Positions 20,529 to 30,468 of a DNA stretch of 64,000 nt are shown in pieces. Both the position numbers and the translations under genes were made by a program. How positions within the stretch are numbered: the first letter of the stretch is position 1; the number at the start of each line of letters is the position of its first letter. The notes under the pieces were generated by a model. It worked only from the letters and a program-made list of their open reading frames with translations, was not told where the DNA came from and ran no database searches. The DNA comes from Thiopseudomonas sp. (GTDB taxonomy: Bacteria; Pseudomonadota; Gammaproteobacteria; Pseudomonadales; Pseudomonadaceae), in the NCBI GenBank assembly GCA_018384595.1, contig JAHAYO010000009.1, positions 11,233 to 75,232 on the forward strand, given 5' to 3'.

Positions 20529-21146
20529 TTAGGCATCGTCGGCAACGGCGGCAGCATCTTTGGTTTGTTGCAAATCAGCGAGCTTGTTTTCAAGAAAATC
20601 ATCATAACCCTGCTGCACTAGCTGAAACGTTTTACCGATTTCTTCGGCAACAAAGCTGCCTTCTCCCATGACGCCCAGCCCCTGCAAGATCTGTGCGGCT
20701 TCGTTATAGCCTTTTTCAAAGCCTCCGCGAATGACATCGACAAAGTCGCGCAGCACGTCTTCTGGGTCGTCATTGGGGCGTTGTGCCGCGTAGGCTTCAT
20801 AAAAACCGGTGGACATGGACAAAATCCGGCCGGCGGTGCCTTCTGGGCTGTTGTCCTGTCCCATGGCGTTCTGGATGGCGTTGGGGCCTAGCTCAGGCGC
20901 TAACTGTTCGTTGATGCTGTCAATGGCCGAACGGTACAGCAAGGCGAGCGAATTGTTGCCGGAGGTAATGGATACATCCAGCGACGCTTGCATGATCTGC
21001 GCACCCAGCTGGGCACGCTGACCTTCGCGGCTGCTGGCGGCGGCTTTGCGCGCCTCATCCATGCTGTCTGCCGGACGCGCTGCGGCTTCTTTATTGACTG
21101 TGCTGATACTACCGGCACCGGCACTTGGGGAAACGGGGTTTAACAT
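20529..21146 (-). CDS. DUF5610-like protein
   Basis: SLALLYRSAIDSIN, SPEGTAGRI, GFEKGYNEA pattern. Confidence 0.7.
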   Translation of the reverse strand: MLNPVSPSAGAGSISTVNKEAAARPADSMDEARKAAASSREGQRAQLGAQIMQASLDVSITSGNNSLALLYRSAIDSINEQLAPELGPNAIQNAMGQDNSPEGTAGRILSMSTGFYEAYAAQRPNDDPEDVLRDFVDVIRGGFEKGYNEAAQILQGLGVMGEGSFVAEEIGKTFQLVQQGYDDFLENKLADLQQTKDAAAVADDA

Positions 21147-21197
21147 AACATTCTCCTGCGGTAAAACCGGCTTGGCGGGGTCAACGGGATTGCTCTT

Positions 21198-21224
21198 ATA
21201 TCGGCAAACCGGTAGAAAGATTAA
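21198..21224 (-). promoter_or_regulatory. Putative sigma-28 (FliA) promoter
   Basis: TTAA-N15-GCCGATAT on the minus strand, about 50 nt upstream of the start codon. Confidence 0.5.
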
Positions 21225-21253
21225 CCCTTTCGTCCTGCCCACTATTTCATTTC

Positions 21254-22060
21254 ATGTACCTGATCGACAGCCATTGCCACCTTGACTTTCCTGATTTTGA
21301 TGCCGACCGCGACACCGTTTTGCAGCAGGCTGCCCGCCAAGGTGTTGAGCGTCTTATTCTGTGCGCGGTTGAACGCCGCCACTGGCCGCGCCTGTGGCAG
21401 ACGGTCGAGGCCAGCGCGGCCTGTTACGGCACTTTGGGGCTGCACCCGTACTTTACCGATCGCCACCAGCCTGCCGACTTACAGCACCTGCGCGAACAGC
21501 TGATCCGTTATCGTCAGCACCCCAGCCTGTGCGCCATCGGTGAAATCGGGCTCGACTATCAACTGGCCACTGCACAACCGGATGTACAGCGCTTTTATTT
21601 TGAGGCCCAACTCGAACTGGCCCAGACATTCGATCTGCCGGTGATTGTGCATGTACGCAAAGCCCATGCGCAGGTATTGGACTGTATTAAACGCATTGCG
21701 CCTGCTCGCGGCGGCATCATCCATGCATATAACGGCAGCTTCGAGCAAGCACAGGAATACCATAAGTTGGGTTTTTTGCTCGGCATTGGCGGTGCCTATA
21801 GCTGGCCCGCCGCACGCAAATTGCGCGCCCTGCTGCCGCGCCTACCCCTGCAACAGCTGGTGCTGGAAACAGACAGTCCGGATATGGCTCCTGCCTTTGC
21901 CGCTGGGCAACGCAACAGCCCTGAACGACTGCCACAGCTATGCCGCGTACTGGCTGATGTACGCGGCGATATCACTGCCGAACAACTGGCTTGGCATACC
22001 AGCAACAATCTGTGCCGGCTGATGGGCTGGGACCAGCCAGCCCCCGAACTGCACCCATAA
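21254..22060 (+). CDS. TatD-family metal-dependent nuclease
   Basis: IDSHCHLD, GLHP, AIGEIGLD, VHVRKAH, IIHAY, LETDSP. Confidence 0.93.
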   Translation: MYLIDSHCHLDFPDFDADRDTVLQQAARQGVERLILCAVERRHWPRLWQTVEASAACYGTLGLHPYFTDRHQPADLQHLREQLIRYRQHPSLCAIGEIGLDYQLATAQPDVQRFYFEAQLELAQTFDLPVIVHVRKAHAQVLDCIKRIAPARGGIIHAYNGSFEQAQEYHKLGFLLGIGGAYSWPAARKLRALLPRLPLQQLVLETDSPDMAPAFAAGQRNSPERLPQLCRVLADVRGDITAEQLAWHTSNNLCRLMGWDQPAPELHP

Positions 22061-22089
22061 AAAAGGGCAATCCAGCGGATCGCCCTTTA
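22059..22089. terminator. Bidirectional intrinsic terminator between the TatD gene and gltX
   Basis: AAAAAGGGC-AATCC/GGATC-GCCCTTTAT. Confidence 0.75.
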
Positions 22090-22149
22090 TCACTCAAGCC
22101 GCCATTACAGCTCTTTAAACTGCTTCTCCCACTCTTTGGCTTCTTTTTT

Positions 22150-23595
22150 CTAGGCTCCGCCCAACACTTCCAGCGCCTGGCGCAAGCGGAAGCGGGTCAG
22201 GTCCGGACCGAGGATAACCATGGCATCCAGCACCGACACCGAGCTGGCCTGGCCGGTAATGGCGACAAACATCAGCGGCATGATATCGCGCAGTTTCAGC
22301 TCCAGCGCCGCGCCGACGCGGTTGATGCACTCGGTGATGGCATCCTTGCTCCAGCTGCGCTGCTCTTCCAGCGCCCAGAGGACAAACTGGATGGTTTGGC
22401 GCACCTGCTTTTCATCCAGCTTTTTGTGCGCCAGCGCTTCGGGCGTGACCTGTACCGTGCCGGAGAAGAAAAACGCCGCCAGCGGCGCAATCTGGCTGAA
22501 GTTCTCTACCCGCCCCTGCACATGCGGGGCGATCTGCATCAGGTAATCCGGGTTGAACGCCCATTTTTGTACACGGCTGGCAAACTCTTCCAGCGGCAGC
22601 TCACGCAGCCACTGGCCGTTAAGCCAAGACAGTTTTTCCACGTCAAAAATCGGTCCGCCCAGCGAGACACGGTTGATATCGAAATGTTCGATCATCTCCG
22701 CCAGCGAGAATTTTTCGCGCTCGTCTGGCATCGACCAGCCCATGCGACCTAGGTAGTTGAGCATGGCTTCGGGCAGGTAGCCCATGCGCTCGTAAAAGGT
22801 AATCGAGGTCGGGTTTTTGCGTTTGGACAGCTTGCTCTTGTCCGGGTTGCGCAGCAGCGGCATGTAGCACAGCTCGGGCTGCTCCCAGCCAAAGTCCTCA
22901 TACAGTTTGATCAGCTTGGGTGCCGAGGACAGCCATTCTTCGCCGCGCAGCACATGGGTGATGCCCATCAGGTGGTCATCGACCACGTTGGCGAGAAAGT
23001 AGGTTGGCAGACCGTCGGCTTTCATCAGTACCTGTTCGTCCATGCGGTCCCAGCCGATTTCCACATCGCCGCGCAGCATGTCTTTAACCACACAAACGCC
23101 CTCAGCGGGTACGCGCATGCGGATCACATGGGATTCGCCGGCATCCACCCGCGCCTGTGCTTCGGCCTTGTCCAGATGGGCGCAGTGTCCGTCATAACGC
23201 GGTGTTTGTTTGTTGGCCATTTGCTCGGCACGCACGGCGTCCAGCCGCTCTGGCGTACAGAAACAATGGAAGGCGTGGTCTTTTTCGACCAGCTGGTTGG
23301 CGTATTTCTGGTAGATCTCGCTGCGCTCGGACTGCCGATAAGGGCCGTGCGGGCCGCCGACATCCGGGCCTTCGTCCCACTCGATGCCGAGCCAGCGCAG
23401 GGCATCAAAAATCTGCTGTTCGGACTCGCGGCTGGAGCGCAGCTGGTCGGTATCCTCGATGCGCAGGATAAACTGGCCGCCGTGCTGGCGGGCAAAGCAC
23501 ATGTTGAACAGTGCAATATAGGCGGTGCCAACATGGGGATCGCCAGTGGGTGAAGGCGCAACGCGGGTACGAACAACTTGGGTCATGACAGGCAT
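22150..23595 (-). CDS. gltX: Glutamate--tRNA ligase; ends at TAG, with a conserved-looking tail continuing in frame to 22105
   Basis: [12 protein letters not shown] (HIGH), RIEDTD, KLSKR (KMSKS). Confidence 0.97.
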   Translation of the reverse strand: MPVMTQVVRTRVAPSPTGDPHVGTAYIALFNMCFARQHGGQFILRIEDTDQLRSSRESEQQIFDALRWLGIEWDEGPDVGGPHGPYRQSERSEIYQKYANQLVEKDHAFHCFCTPERLDAVRAEQMANKQTPRYDGHCAHLDKAEAQARVDAGESHVIRMRVPAEGVCVVKDMLRGDVEIGWDRMDEQVLMKADGLPTYFLANVVDDHLMGITHVLRGEEWLSSAPKLIKLYEDFGWEQPELCYMPLLRNPDKSKLSKRKNPTSITFYERMGYLPEAMLNYLGRMGWSMPDEREKFSLAEMIEHFDINRVSLGGPIFDVEKLSWLNGQWLRELPLEEFASRVQKWAFNPDYLMQIAPHVQGRVENFSQIAPLAAFFFSGTVQVTPEALAHKKLDEKQVRQTIQFVLWALEEQRSWSKDAITECINRVGAALELKLRDIMPLMFVAITGQASSVSVLDAMVILGPDLTRFRLRQALEVLGGA

Positions 23596-23834
23596 CCATA
23601 ATCAGGAAACGTAAAGCCGCATAGTCTAGCAAAACAGCACGCCATGTTGCAGCGTGCCTGCTGCCTGCCCATCAATCATCGCCAGCTGTTCAAGGGTGCA
23701 CAAAACAGCGCCCTTGTCACAACACACTCGGCACGGTCGAAAGGCAGCCCCAAAACTCGCTGACAAATATCTGCAGATAGGCGTTCTCATTACCCGCCAT
23801 AACGAACACTCGCTTAATGTATTTATATAATTAT

Positions 23835-23848
23835 TTGATAAATATCGT
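23835..23848 (+). promoter_or_regulatory. Possible Anr/FNR-type box
   Basis: TTGAT-AAAT-ATCGT versus consensus TTGAT-N4-ATCAA (8/10), in an AT-rich stretch upstream of the CZB gene. Confidence 0.3.
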
Positions 23849-24060
23849 GTTTACAAATGCTGTCCCAGATCAAAAGAGCATATTTTTGACGCCAGTTTCA
23901 TTGTCGTATCATGGCGGAAGGCCCAGCCTCTACCTATAATGCCTGCGTCCTACTCCCACCGTAGTCGGTTGCGCACATAGAACAGCCCAAGCCGGGAGCA
24001 ATACAGAGTGGATTTTGCAAAGCAAATCCATAACCTTGGCTAACTTATAAGGAAGAACAC

Positions 24061-24498
24061 ATGGGTTTTTTTGACTTTTTCAAATCCAAAGACAGCTCGA
24101 ACGGCGAAGATGAAAAAACGGCCAAGGCAGCACTGGCCAAGGCTACCCGCAATCTTGATATTGATATTTCCATTGCCGCGCACGAAAACTGGAAAATACG
24201 CTTGGACTCCTTCGTCGAAGGCCGCTCGACAGAAGCATTCACCGCCAGCGATGTAGCCTGCGACAAGAGCTGCGAGCTGGGCAAATGGATCTACAGCGAT
24301 GGCGAAGCCAGCCTGGGCAAATATGCCGCATTTGTTGATCTCAAAGCCCAGCACAAAATGTTCCACTTTACTGCGTCCAGCGTTATCAGTCTGACCCAGG
24401 CCGGCAAAACGGACGAAGCACACAGCCTGCTGAACAGCGACTTCGAAAAGCTCAGCACCCGCGTCAAACAGCGCCTGATTGACCTAAAAGGCATGTAA
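24061..24498 (+). CDS. Stand-alone CZB (chemoreceptor zinc-binding) domain protein
   Basis: HENWK, CELGKW, HKMFH His/Cys zinc-ligand pattern. Confidence 0.88.
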   Translation: MGFFDFFKSKDSSNGEDEKTAKAALAKATRNLDIDISIAAHENWKIRLDSFVEGRSTEAFTASDVACDKSCELGKWIYSDGEASLGKYAAFVDLKAQHKMFHFTASSVISLTQAGKTDEAHSLLNSDFEKLSTRVKQRLIDLKGM

Positions 24499-24511
24499 GT
24501 CAGCATCAAAC

Positions 24512-24549
24512 AAAAAGGGCCGGATACGCATGTATCTCGGCCCTTTTTT
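24512..24549. terminator. Bidirectional intrinsic terminator
   Basis: AAAAAGGGCCG-GATAC/GTATC-TCGGCCCTTTTTT between convergent genes. Confidence 0.8.
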
Positions 24550-24565
24550 ATTGCATTATTGCCAC

Positions 24566-25018
24566 TTAAAGTTCGTTTTGCTGCTTTTCTTCGGCAGCTG
24601 CCCGCAGCAAAAAGCGTCGCACGGCGCGATATTCTTTGAGTCTGGCCAGATCATTCTCGTCCGGCTCGGGAATACGTTTTACATTCAGGTTATCCGCATT
24701 GTCAGCCAGCTTAACCCTAAGCGCCAACGGATGCGTTGCAGCCCGCTGCGCGGCTTGCATACGGCTTTCACCCGACTGGCGGCTCAAGCATTGCACAGCT
24801 TCCAGCACATCAGCCGAAAATCCGGCCTCCTGCAAATCCAGCATGCTCACCCCTGTATCTTCCAGCACATCATGCAACAGGGCCACCTGGCGTTCTGCAT
24901 CCGTATCCAGTTTCAGCATCATCCGCAGCGGATGCAGCACATAGGGCGCACCGCCCTTATCTCGCTGGCCGGCATGGGCTAACGCAGCAATCACCAGCGC
25001 CTTTTCTAGATCACTCAA
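24566..25018 (-). CDS. RelA/SpoT-type HD hydrolase (small alarmone hydrolase-like)
   Basis: AHAGQRDKGGAPYVLHP, LLHDVLEDT, VKLADNADN; probable TTG start 6 nt after AAGGGA. Confidence 0.8.
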   Translation of the reverse strand: MSDLEKALVIAALAHAGQRDKGGAPYVLHPLRMMLKLDTDAERQVALLHDVLEDTGVSMLDLQEAGFSADVLEAVQCLSRQSGESRMQAAQRAATHPLALRVKLADNADNLNVKRIPEPDENDLARLKEYRAVRRFLLRAAAEEKQQNEL

Positions 25019-25104
25019 GCTGTTTCCCTTGAACGGCGGCAATGCGGAGGCCCGCATCGGTGCCTGCTGAAAATTAATAAGACCGGTTATCGGCAATCCG
25101 CCAT

Positions 25105-25135
25105 AAAAAACGGGACGCGCTGCGTCCCGTTTTTT
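25105..25135. terminator. Intrinsic terminator after the YggL-family gene
   Basis: AAAAAACGGGACGC-GCT-GCGTCCCGTTTTTT. Confidence 0.85.
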
Positions 25136-25148
25136 ATAAAGCAGTCGC

Positions 25149-25490
25149 TTAACCCTGACGGATGGGTGTTTCAGGGTACCAGGCATCCTGCAGCGGGCTG
25201 ACTTCGACACTGCTCGGCTCGCTACGGCCCTTGAGCCAAGACTCAACCGCAGCACGCTGTTCAGCACTGACCGAGCCGCGCTTGCCTAGGCACACCAGCG
25301 CGTAATCAGGACCGCCCAGTAGACCCAGACCGTTACGCTCAATGGCTTCTACTACAAAGTCGGAAAAAAAGTCTTCAATTGCTTCGTCAGACAGGGTTTC
25401 TGGATAAACAACCTGCACTTCAAAACCCAGTTCCTGGAATTCGTCAACACAGAGCTTTTTGCGCAAACGGCGCGAACGGTTTTTTGCCAT
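25149..25490 (-). CDS. YggL (DUF469) family protein
   Basis: MAKNRSRRLRKKLCVDEFQELGF, VSPLQDAWY. Confidence 0.9.
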   Translation of the reverse strand: MAKNRSRRLRKKLCVDEFQELGFEVQVVYPETLSDEAIEDFFSDFVVEAIERNGLGLLGGPDYALVCLGKRGSVSAEQRAAVESWLKGRSEPSSVEVSPLQDAWYPETPIRQG

Positions 25491-25567
25491 GACAGCCTCC
25501 AAATTTCTAGGCGCGTAGTCTAGCAGAGTTCACGCCAGCACGCGGGACAATTTATCCGCAGCGCCGC

Positions 25568-26347
25568 TTACTGGCGCATCCCCCGCCCGCTTTTCAGCAG
25601 CCGCACACTGAATACATACAGCGCCACTGCCGTCACCCCCATGAAAATAATGGCCGTTTGCGGAGAAATATCGGAAACCCCCAAGATTCCGTAACGAAAC
25701 GCATTGACCATGTGCAGCACCGGATTCACCAGCGATACCTGTTGCCAAAATTCGCTCAGCAGATTAATCGAGTAAAACACCCCACCCAAATAGGTCAAAG
25801 GCGTCAGCACAAAAGCCGGAATGATGGAGATGTCATCAAAGCTGCGGGCATACACGGCATTGATAAAGCCGCCCAGCGAAAACACCACTGCTGTCAACGT
25901 AATCACCAGCACGGTAATACCCAAGTGGCGCACCGACAACTCGGTAAAAAACAGCGACAGCAGCGATACAATCAACGCCACCAACAAGCCACGCATCACC
26001 CCGCCCAGCATAAAGCCAACCAGTATGGTGTGTGGCGACACCGGCGACACCAGCAGTTCTTCAATCGAGCGCTGAAACTTGGCACTGAAAAAGCTCGACA
26101 CTACGTTGCTATAGGCATTGGTAATCACCGACATCATGATCAAGCCAGGCACGATGTACTGCATATAGCTGAAACCGCCCATTTCGCCAATGCGACTGCC
26201 AATCAGGTTGCCAAAGATGACAAAGTACAACACCATGGTAATCGCTGGCGGCAGCAAGGTTTGCGGCCAGATACGCAAAAAGCGCCGCCCTTCGCGCCAT
26301 GCAATGGTGTACAGCGCGACCAGATTAGACTTAAATTCGCTATGCAT
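25568..26347 (-). CDS. ABC-2 type transporter permease (YadH-like)
   Basis: RIWPQTLLPP, YMQYIVPGL, SSFFSAKFQ, NPVLHMVNAFRYG. Confidence 0.92.
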   Translation of the reverse strand: MHSEFKSNLVALYTIAWREGRRFLRIWPQTLLPPAITMVLYFVIFGNLIGSRIGEMGGFSYMQYIVPGLIMMSVITNAYSNVVSSFFSAKFQRSIEELLVSPVSPHTILVGFMLGGVMRGLLVALIVSLLSLFFTELSVRHLGITVLVITLTAVVFSLGGFINAVYARSFDDISIIPAFVLTPLTYLGGVFYSINLLSEFWQQVSLVNPVLHMVNAFRYGILGVSDISPQTAIIFMGVTAVALYVFSVRLLKSGRGMRQ

Positions 26348-27278
26348 CGCCTTTTTCTCCCTGCAGGTTTTTTTCCACCAGAGAGACAAACAGCTCTTCT
26401 AGCCGGTTGGCTTTATTGCGCATACTGACCACCTCGATGCCTTGCCCGTGCAACTGGGCAAACAGGCTGGTCAGCCCGACGGCCTTGTCCACCCGCACCT
26501 CCAGTGTACATTCGTCAATCTGGCTAAATTCATAGCCCTGCAGGTCCGGCAACCGGTCCAGCGTGCGCGTGAGGTCAAGAATGAAGGTTTCCACCTGCAG
26601 CGTGGTCAACAAGGCGCGCATGCTGGTATTTTCAACAATCTGGCCATGGTCGATGATGGCGATGTTGCGGCACAGCTGCTCGGCCTCTTCCAGATAGTGA
26701 GTGGTCAGAATGATGGTGGTACCTTCGGCATTCAGTTGCGTCAGGTATTCCCACATTGAGCGGCGCATCTCGATGTCCACACCGGCTGTCGGCTCGTCAA
26801 GGATCAACAAGCGCGGACGGTGCATCAGCGCGCGGGCAATCATCAGCCGCCGCTTCATGCCGCCAGACAACATGCGCGACTGCGTATGGCGCTTGTCCCA
26901 CAGATCCAGCTGGCGCAGCAACTGTTCAGCCCGCTGCTGCGCTTCGGCGCGGCGAATGCCGTAATAACCGGCCTGCACCAGCAGGATGTTTATGGCCAGC
27001 TCAAACTGGTTGAAGTTGAACTCTTGCGGCACCACGCCAATACAGCGTTTAAGCGACAAGGGTTCGCTATCTAGGTCATGCCCAAAAACCTCAACCTTGC
27101 CCGCGCTCTTGTTGACCAGCGTAGACAAAATACCAATGGTGGTGGACTTGCCAGCCCCGTTCGGACCCAGCAGCGCGAAAAAATCACCCTCGCGCACATC
27201 CAGGTCAATGCCCTTGAGCGCCTTGAAGCCGTTGGCATAGTTTTTTTCCAGCCCGCGGATGGATAATGCGTAACTCAT
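26340..27278 (-). CDS. ABC transporter ATP-binding protein (YadG-like)
   Basis: GPNGAGKST, LSGGMKRR, LDEPTAGVD, TTHYLEEAE. Confidence 0.93.
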   Translation of the reverse strand: MSYALSIRGLEKNYANGFKALKGIDLDVREGDFFALLGPNGAGKSTTIGILSTLVNKSAGKVEVFGHDLDSEPLSLKRCIGVVPQEFNFNQFELAINILLVQAGYYGIRRAEAQQRAEQLLRQLDLWDKRHTQSRMLSGGMKRRLMIARALMHRPRLLILDEPTAGVDIEMRRSMWEYLTQLNAEGTTIILTTHYLEEAEQLCRNIAIIDHGQIVENTSMRALLTTLQVETFILDLTRTLDRLPDLQGYEFSQIDECTLEVRVDKAVGLTSLFAQLHGQGIEVVSMRNKANRLEELFVSLVEKNLQGEKGDA

Positions 27279-27315
27279 GAAATAGAACTGTTCGGGGTGC
27301 TTGCTGCGCCCCGCC

Positions 27316-27876
27316 TTATGACGGATCGGATTCGGGATGCAGGGCAAACGCCTTGCCTCTGCTGTAGATGACAGGAGGATGTTGGTCGCCGCCGGCCTGC
27401 TCCAGCGCCCAGTCAACCAGCTGGTAATAGTGGCTGCGCTGCAGTAAAGCCCGCAAGCCACGCCCCAGTAGCACACAGGGCAGCTGCTCGCCGTTACCCG
27501 CATCTACAAACTGCAGCGGGTGCTGCGCATCCAGTGTCAGCTGCTCGCCTGTATTGGTAAGCAGAACAACCTCTTGATGGTGGCCTTGGCCACGAATTTC
27601 AAGCGTTTGGCTGACAAAGGGCAATAATTCAACTTCGATGGAAAACTTTTCCACCGGTGAGACCAGATAATAACCACCCCGCTCCAACCGCAAAATGCCG
27701 GCAAACAGCCTGACCAGCGCCTCGCGCTCGATAGGGCTGCCTTGATAATGCCAGACACCATCACGGCTGATGCGCAAATCCAGCGCGCCACAGTCAGGCG
27801 GGTTCCAGTCCCCCGTCGCATTGCCGGCCGTACTTGCCTGTGCGGCAAGCGTTTGTAAGCTGACAGCCACCGCCAT
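27316..27876 (-). CDS. DUF1285 family protein
   Basis: WNPPDCGALDLRISRDGVWHYQGSPI signature. Confidence 0.88.
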   Translation of the reverse strand: MAVAVSLQTLAAQASTAGNATGDWNPPDCGALDLRISRDGVWHYQGSPIEREALVRLFAGILRLERGGYYLVSPVEKFSIEVELLPFVSQTLEIRGQGHHQEVVLLTNTGEQLTLDAQHPLQFVDAGNGEQLPCVLLGRGLRALLQRSHYYQLVDWALEQAGGDQHPPVIYSRGKAFALHPESDPS

Positions 27877-28433
27877 CAGCGGCCCAATCCCTGCAAACGC
27901 CGTGCGTAATCGTGCATCGGCCGGCGCAAAAAATCTTCTGGACGATTATTGATTGAGCGCAAAAGCCCTGAACGGATTGGAATATGGGCATTGTCCACCA
28001 ACCGACGGCGCACCGGATCATAAAGCATCAGTTGGATCACGGTCTGGTCTACTAACATACGGTCCTCGGCTTGGGCCAAGCGCAGGTAAAGCAGATAGTC
28101 GGCCTGTTCCTGCTGAGCACCGGCAAAGGCTTCATCCAACCCTAGCGGCACTGCCGAGCGGCGCATGCGCGGAAAGTATTCAACAAACGCCTTGTAGGTT
28201 TCCAGCGCTAGAGCGTTGGGTTCAACATCATAGGGCTCGCGGTCTACCGGCGGAAAATGGCTCTGTACGATATACAGCAGCGCATCGCGTTCGATACGTA
28301 TATTGTTGGCGCGCTCGATACGATGATGGCTCAGCAAACCGGCATCGGCCAACTGATAGCGGCTTTCATAGGCCAGATCGCTGGTTTTCATGCAGCCTGT
28401 CAGCATTAACAACAACAGCACTAACACAGGCAT
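27876..28433 (-). CDS. Putative lipoprotein (DUF4823-like)
   Basis: Lipobox LTGC; conserved neighbourhood with DUF1285 and TetR genes. Confidence 0.65.
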   Translation of the reverse strand: MPVLVLLLLMLTGCMKTSDLAYESRYQLADAGLLSHHRIERANNIRIERDALLYIVQSHFPPVDREPYDVEPNALALETYKAFVEYFPRMRRSAVPLGLDEAFAGAQQEQADYLLYLRLAQAEDRMLVDQTVIQLMLYDPVRRRLVDNAHIPIRSGLLRSINNRPEDFLRRPMHDYARRLQGLGR

Positions 28434-28509
28434 GGTTACCTCCGACGGTGTCAGAATTGGGACGCAAGGATTGGATAGCAATTTGCAGGCCAGCCCCTGC
28501 TGTTAGCGC

Positions 28510-29154
28510 TTATTTTAAGGGTTCCTTGCCCATATCTTCACGCCGCCTACGGTTACCCATGCGCACACCAAGGTCCATCAGGAACTGGAAAAAACCTTCT
28601 TGGTCTTCCAAGACGGTGTTCCAAAACGGCGAGTGATACAGCGCCACCGCGCCATGTACCAGTGCCCAAGCGGCGCAATAATGAAAATATGGGGGGACGT
28701 CTTCCAGCTTGCCTTCATTGATTCGGTCTTCAATAAGGCGGGTCAGACGCTCGAAATTCGAGGCACGAATGCTGTGCAGCTGCTCGACCATTTCCGGCGC
28801 TTGGTTGCCTTTAACGATGCGCTCTTCCAGCCGGTCAAACAGTCGGTAACGCTCGGGGTCGCCCATACGAAAGGCAAAATAGGCGCGTGACAAAGCATCT
28901 TTGTCTTTAGCCACGCTATCGGAATGAAACAACTGATTGAGCTCACGCTCGTAATCGAGCATCAGGCGCAAATAAATTTCGGTTTTGGATTTGAAGTGTT
29001 TGTAGATGGTGCCTTTGCCAATACCCACTGCATCGGCAATCATTTCCACCGTAACGCTGTCCTCGCCCCGCTCTAAAAATAGCTGCAGAGCGGTATCGAG
29101 AATTTCCTGCTCGCGGCGTCGAAATTCGCGAACCTTACGCGATTCTTTTTCCAT
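28510..29154 (-). CDS. TetR/AcrR-family regulator
   Basis: VTVEMIADAVGIGKGTIYKHF HTH. Confidence 0.93.
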   Translation of the reverse strand: MEKESRKVREFRRREQEILDTALQLFLERGEDSVTVEMIADAVGIGKGTIYKHFKSKTEIYLRLMLDYERELNQLFHSDSVAKDKDALSRAYFAFRMGDPERYRLFDRLEERIVKGNQAPEMVEQLHSIRASNFERLTRLIEDRINEGKLEDVPPYFHYCAAWALVHGAVALYHSPFWNTVLEDQEGFFQFLMDLGVRMGNRRRREDMGKEPLK

Positions 29155-29261
29155 AACGGGACTCCATAGTCATCTTGAGTCAGCATTATGCATTTTTTAC
29201 GCCAAAAAAACGACCCACCAATTTATGACTGAAAGCAAAACAACGTACATGCTTAGAACGA

Positions 29262-30032
29262 CTAATCGTACATCTGTTTTTTCTTCCACAGATCGTCGTC
29301 TTCCGCCTCGGCCATGGAAGCCGACAGCTCACTGGCCTGACTGGCCGCGCTTTGGTCATGCGCCATCACGATGGCATTGGTTTTTTGCAGTAGCGTATCG
29401 AATACCTGTAGGCGCTCGGTAAACGGCTGCAGGTTTTTCTGGCGTTTGATCAGCCCTACCGCACGCTCGAACACCAGCCTAGCCTGACGGGCCTGACCAC
29501 GCTGCAGATGGTTCTGGCCCGATGCATGAAAAAAGTCCAGATACAGGTTGATTAACTGTTCCTGCAGATGGGCCAACCACTGACGGCCCGTGTTAACCGG
29601 CACTGCGCCGTCTTGGATCGCGCGTTTCAGCTGGGCATGCAGGCTCTCAAGCTGAAAACGAATTTCTTTAACTTGCTCCTCCGAATGCAGGCTCAACTTT
29701 TCGCCGGGCAGCTGATAAGCCGTGCCTAGCGAAATGCGCTCTCGCAGTTCTTCGCCGCGCGCCTGTAGTTTGATCTGGCTGTCGTCGAGCTTGAGCAGCT
29801 CATTAATGAAGCCAAGCTCAAGCTCGTGCAAACCCTGCTTGATCGTGGCGGTCAGGTACTGGGGCGGCAAGCCTTCGGAGAGGGTGGCCAAACGCATCTG
29901 GCGGTCAACCAACGCCGAGCGGCGGCGCGCCTGTTCTAGCTTTTTTTTCTCGTACTGATTGTTCAGATAACCCAGAATAATTAGGGCAAAAATCCCGACA
30001 ACCACCAAGGCAACAATAAAGGCAGATGACAT
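29262..30032 (-). CDS. Conserved hypothetical protein, N-terminal TM plus helical domain
   Basis: 256-aa ORF filling the gap between the MerR and TetR genes. Confidence 0.75.
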   Translation of the reverse strand: MSSAFIVALVVVGIFALIILGYLNNQYEKKKLEQARRRSALVDRQMRLATLSEGLPPQYLTATIKQGLHELELGFINELLKLDDSQIKLQARGEELRERISLGTAYQLPGEKLSLHSEEQVKEIRFQLESLHAQLKRAIQDGAVPVNTGRQWLAHLQEQLINLYLDFFHASGQNHLQRGQARQARLVFERAVGLIKRQKNLQPFTERLQVFDTLLQKTNAIVMAHDQSAASQASELSASMAEAEDDDLWKKKQMYD

Positions 30033-30111
30033 CAGTTCATCCTATTCGTGACCGACTCGGGGTTAGGATACGTCTGCCAAGCAATCACCTGCACCAGCAG
30101 ACGGGCTGCTC

Positions 30112-30468
30112 TCACGCCTTGAGCAGCCTAAGCACGTCCTCCAGTTCGGTGATCATCTGGCGGATCACCAACTTGTAACGGGTGCTTTCCTCGCCGTTCT
30201 GTTCATTGCTCAACCGCTGGCGGGCACCGCCAATGGTAAAGCCCTGATCATACAGCAGGCTGCGGATCTGGCGAATCATCAAAACGTCATGGTGCTGGTA
30301 GTAACGCCGGTTGCCGCGTCGTTTGACCGGAGTCAGCTGCTCGAACTCTTGCTCCCAATAGCGCAGCACGTGCGGCTTGACACCACACAGCTCACTGACT
30401 TCACCAATGGTGAAATAGCGTTTGCCGGGAATCGGCGGCAATTCGTTATTATGGCTGGCTTCCAGCAT
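30112..30468 (-). CDS. MerR-family regulator coupled to ihfA
   Basis: [30 protein letters not shown]. Confidence 0.93.
   Translation of the reverse strand: MLEASHNNELPPIPGKRYFTIGEVSELCGVKPHVLRYWEQEFEQLTPVKRRGNRRYYQHHDVLMIRQIRSLLYDQGFTIGGARQRLSNEQNGEESTRYKLVIRQMITELEDVLRLLKA

Noticed and set aside
25087-25094. Perfect GCCGATAA (sigma-28 -10 element) upstream of the HD gene
   Set aside because: No matching -35 at the correct spacing; that position falls in the terminator U-tract.
30033-30111. tRNA-Pro expected downstream of ihfA-MerR
   Set aside because: No cloverleaf, TpsiC arm or CCA end in this gap.
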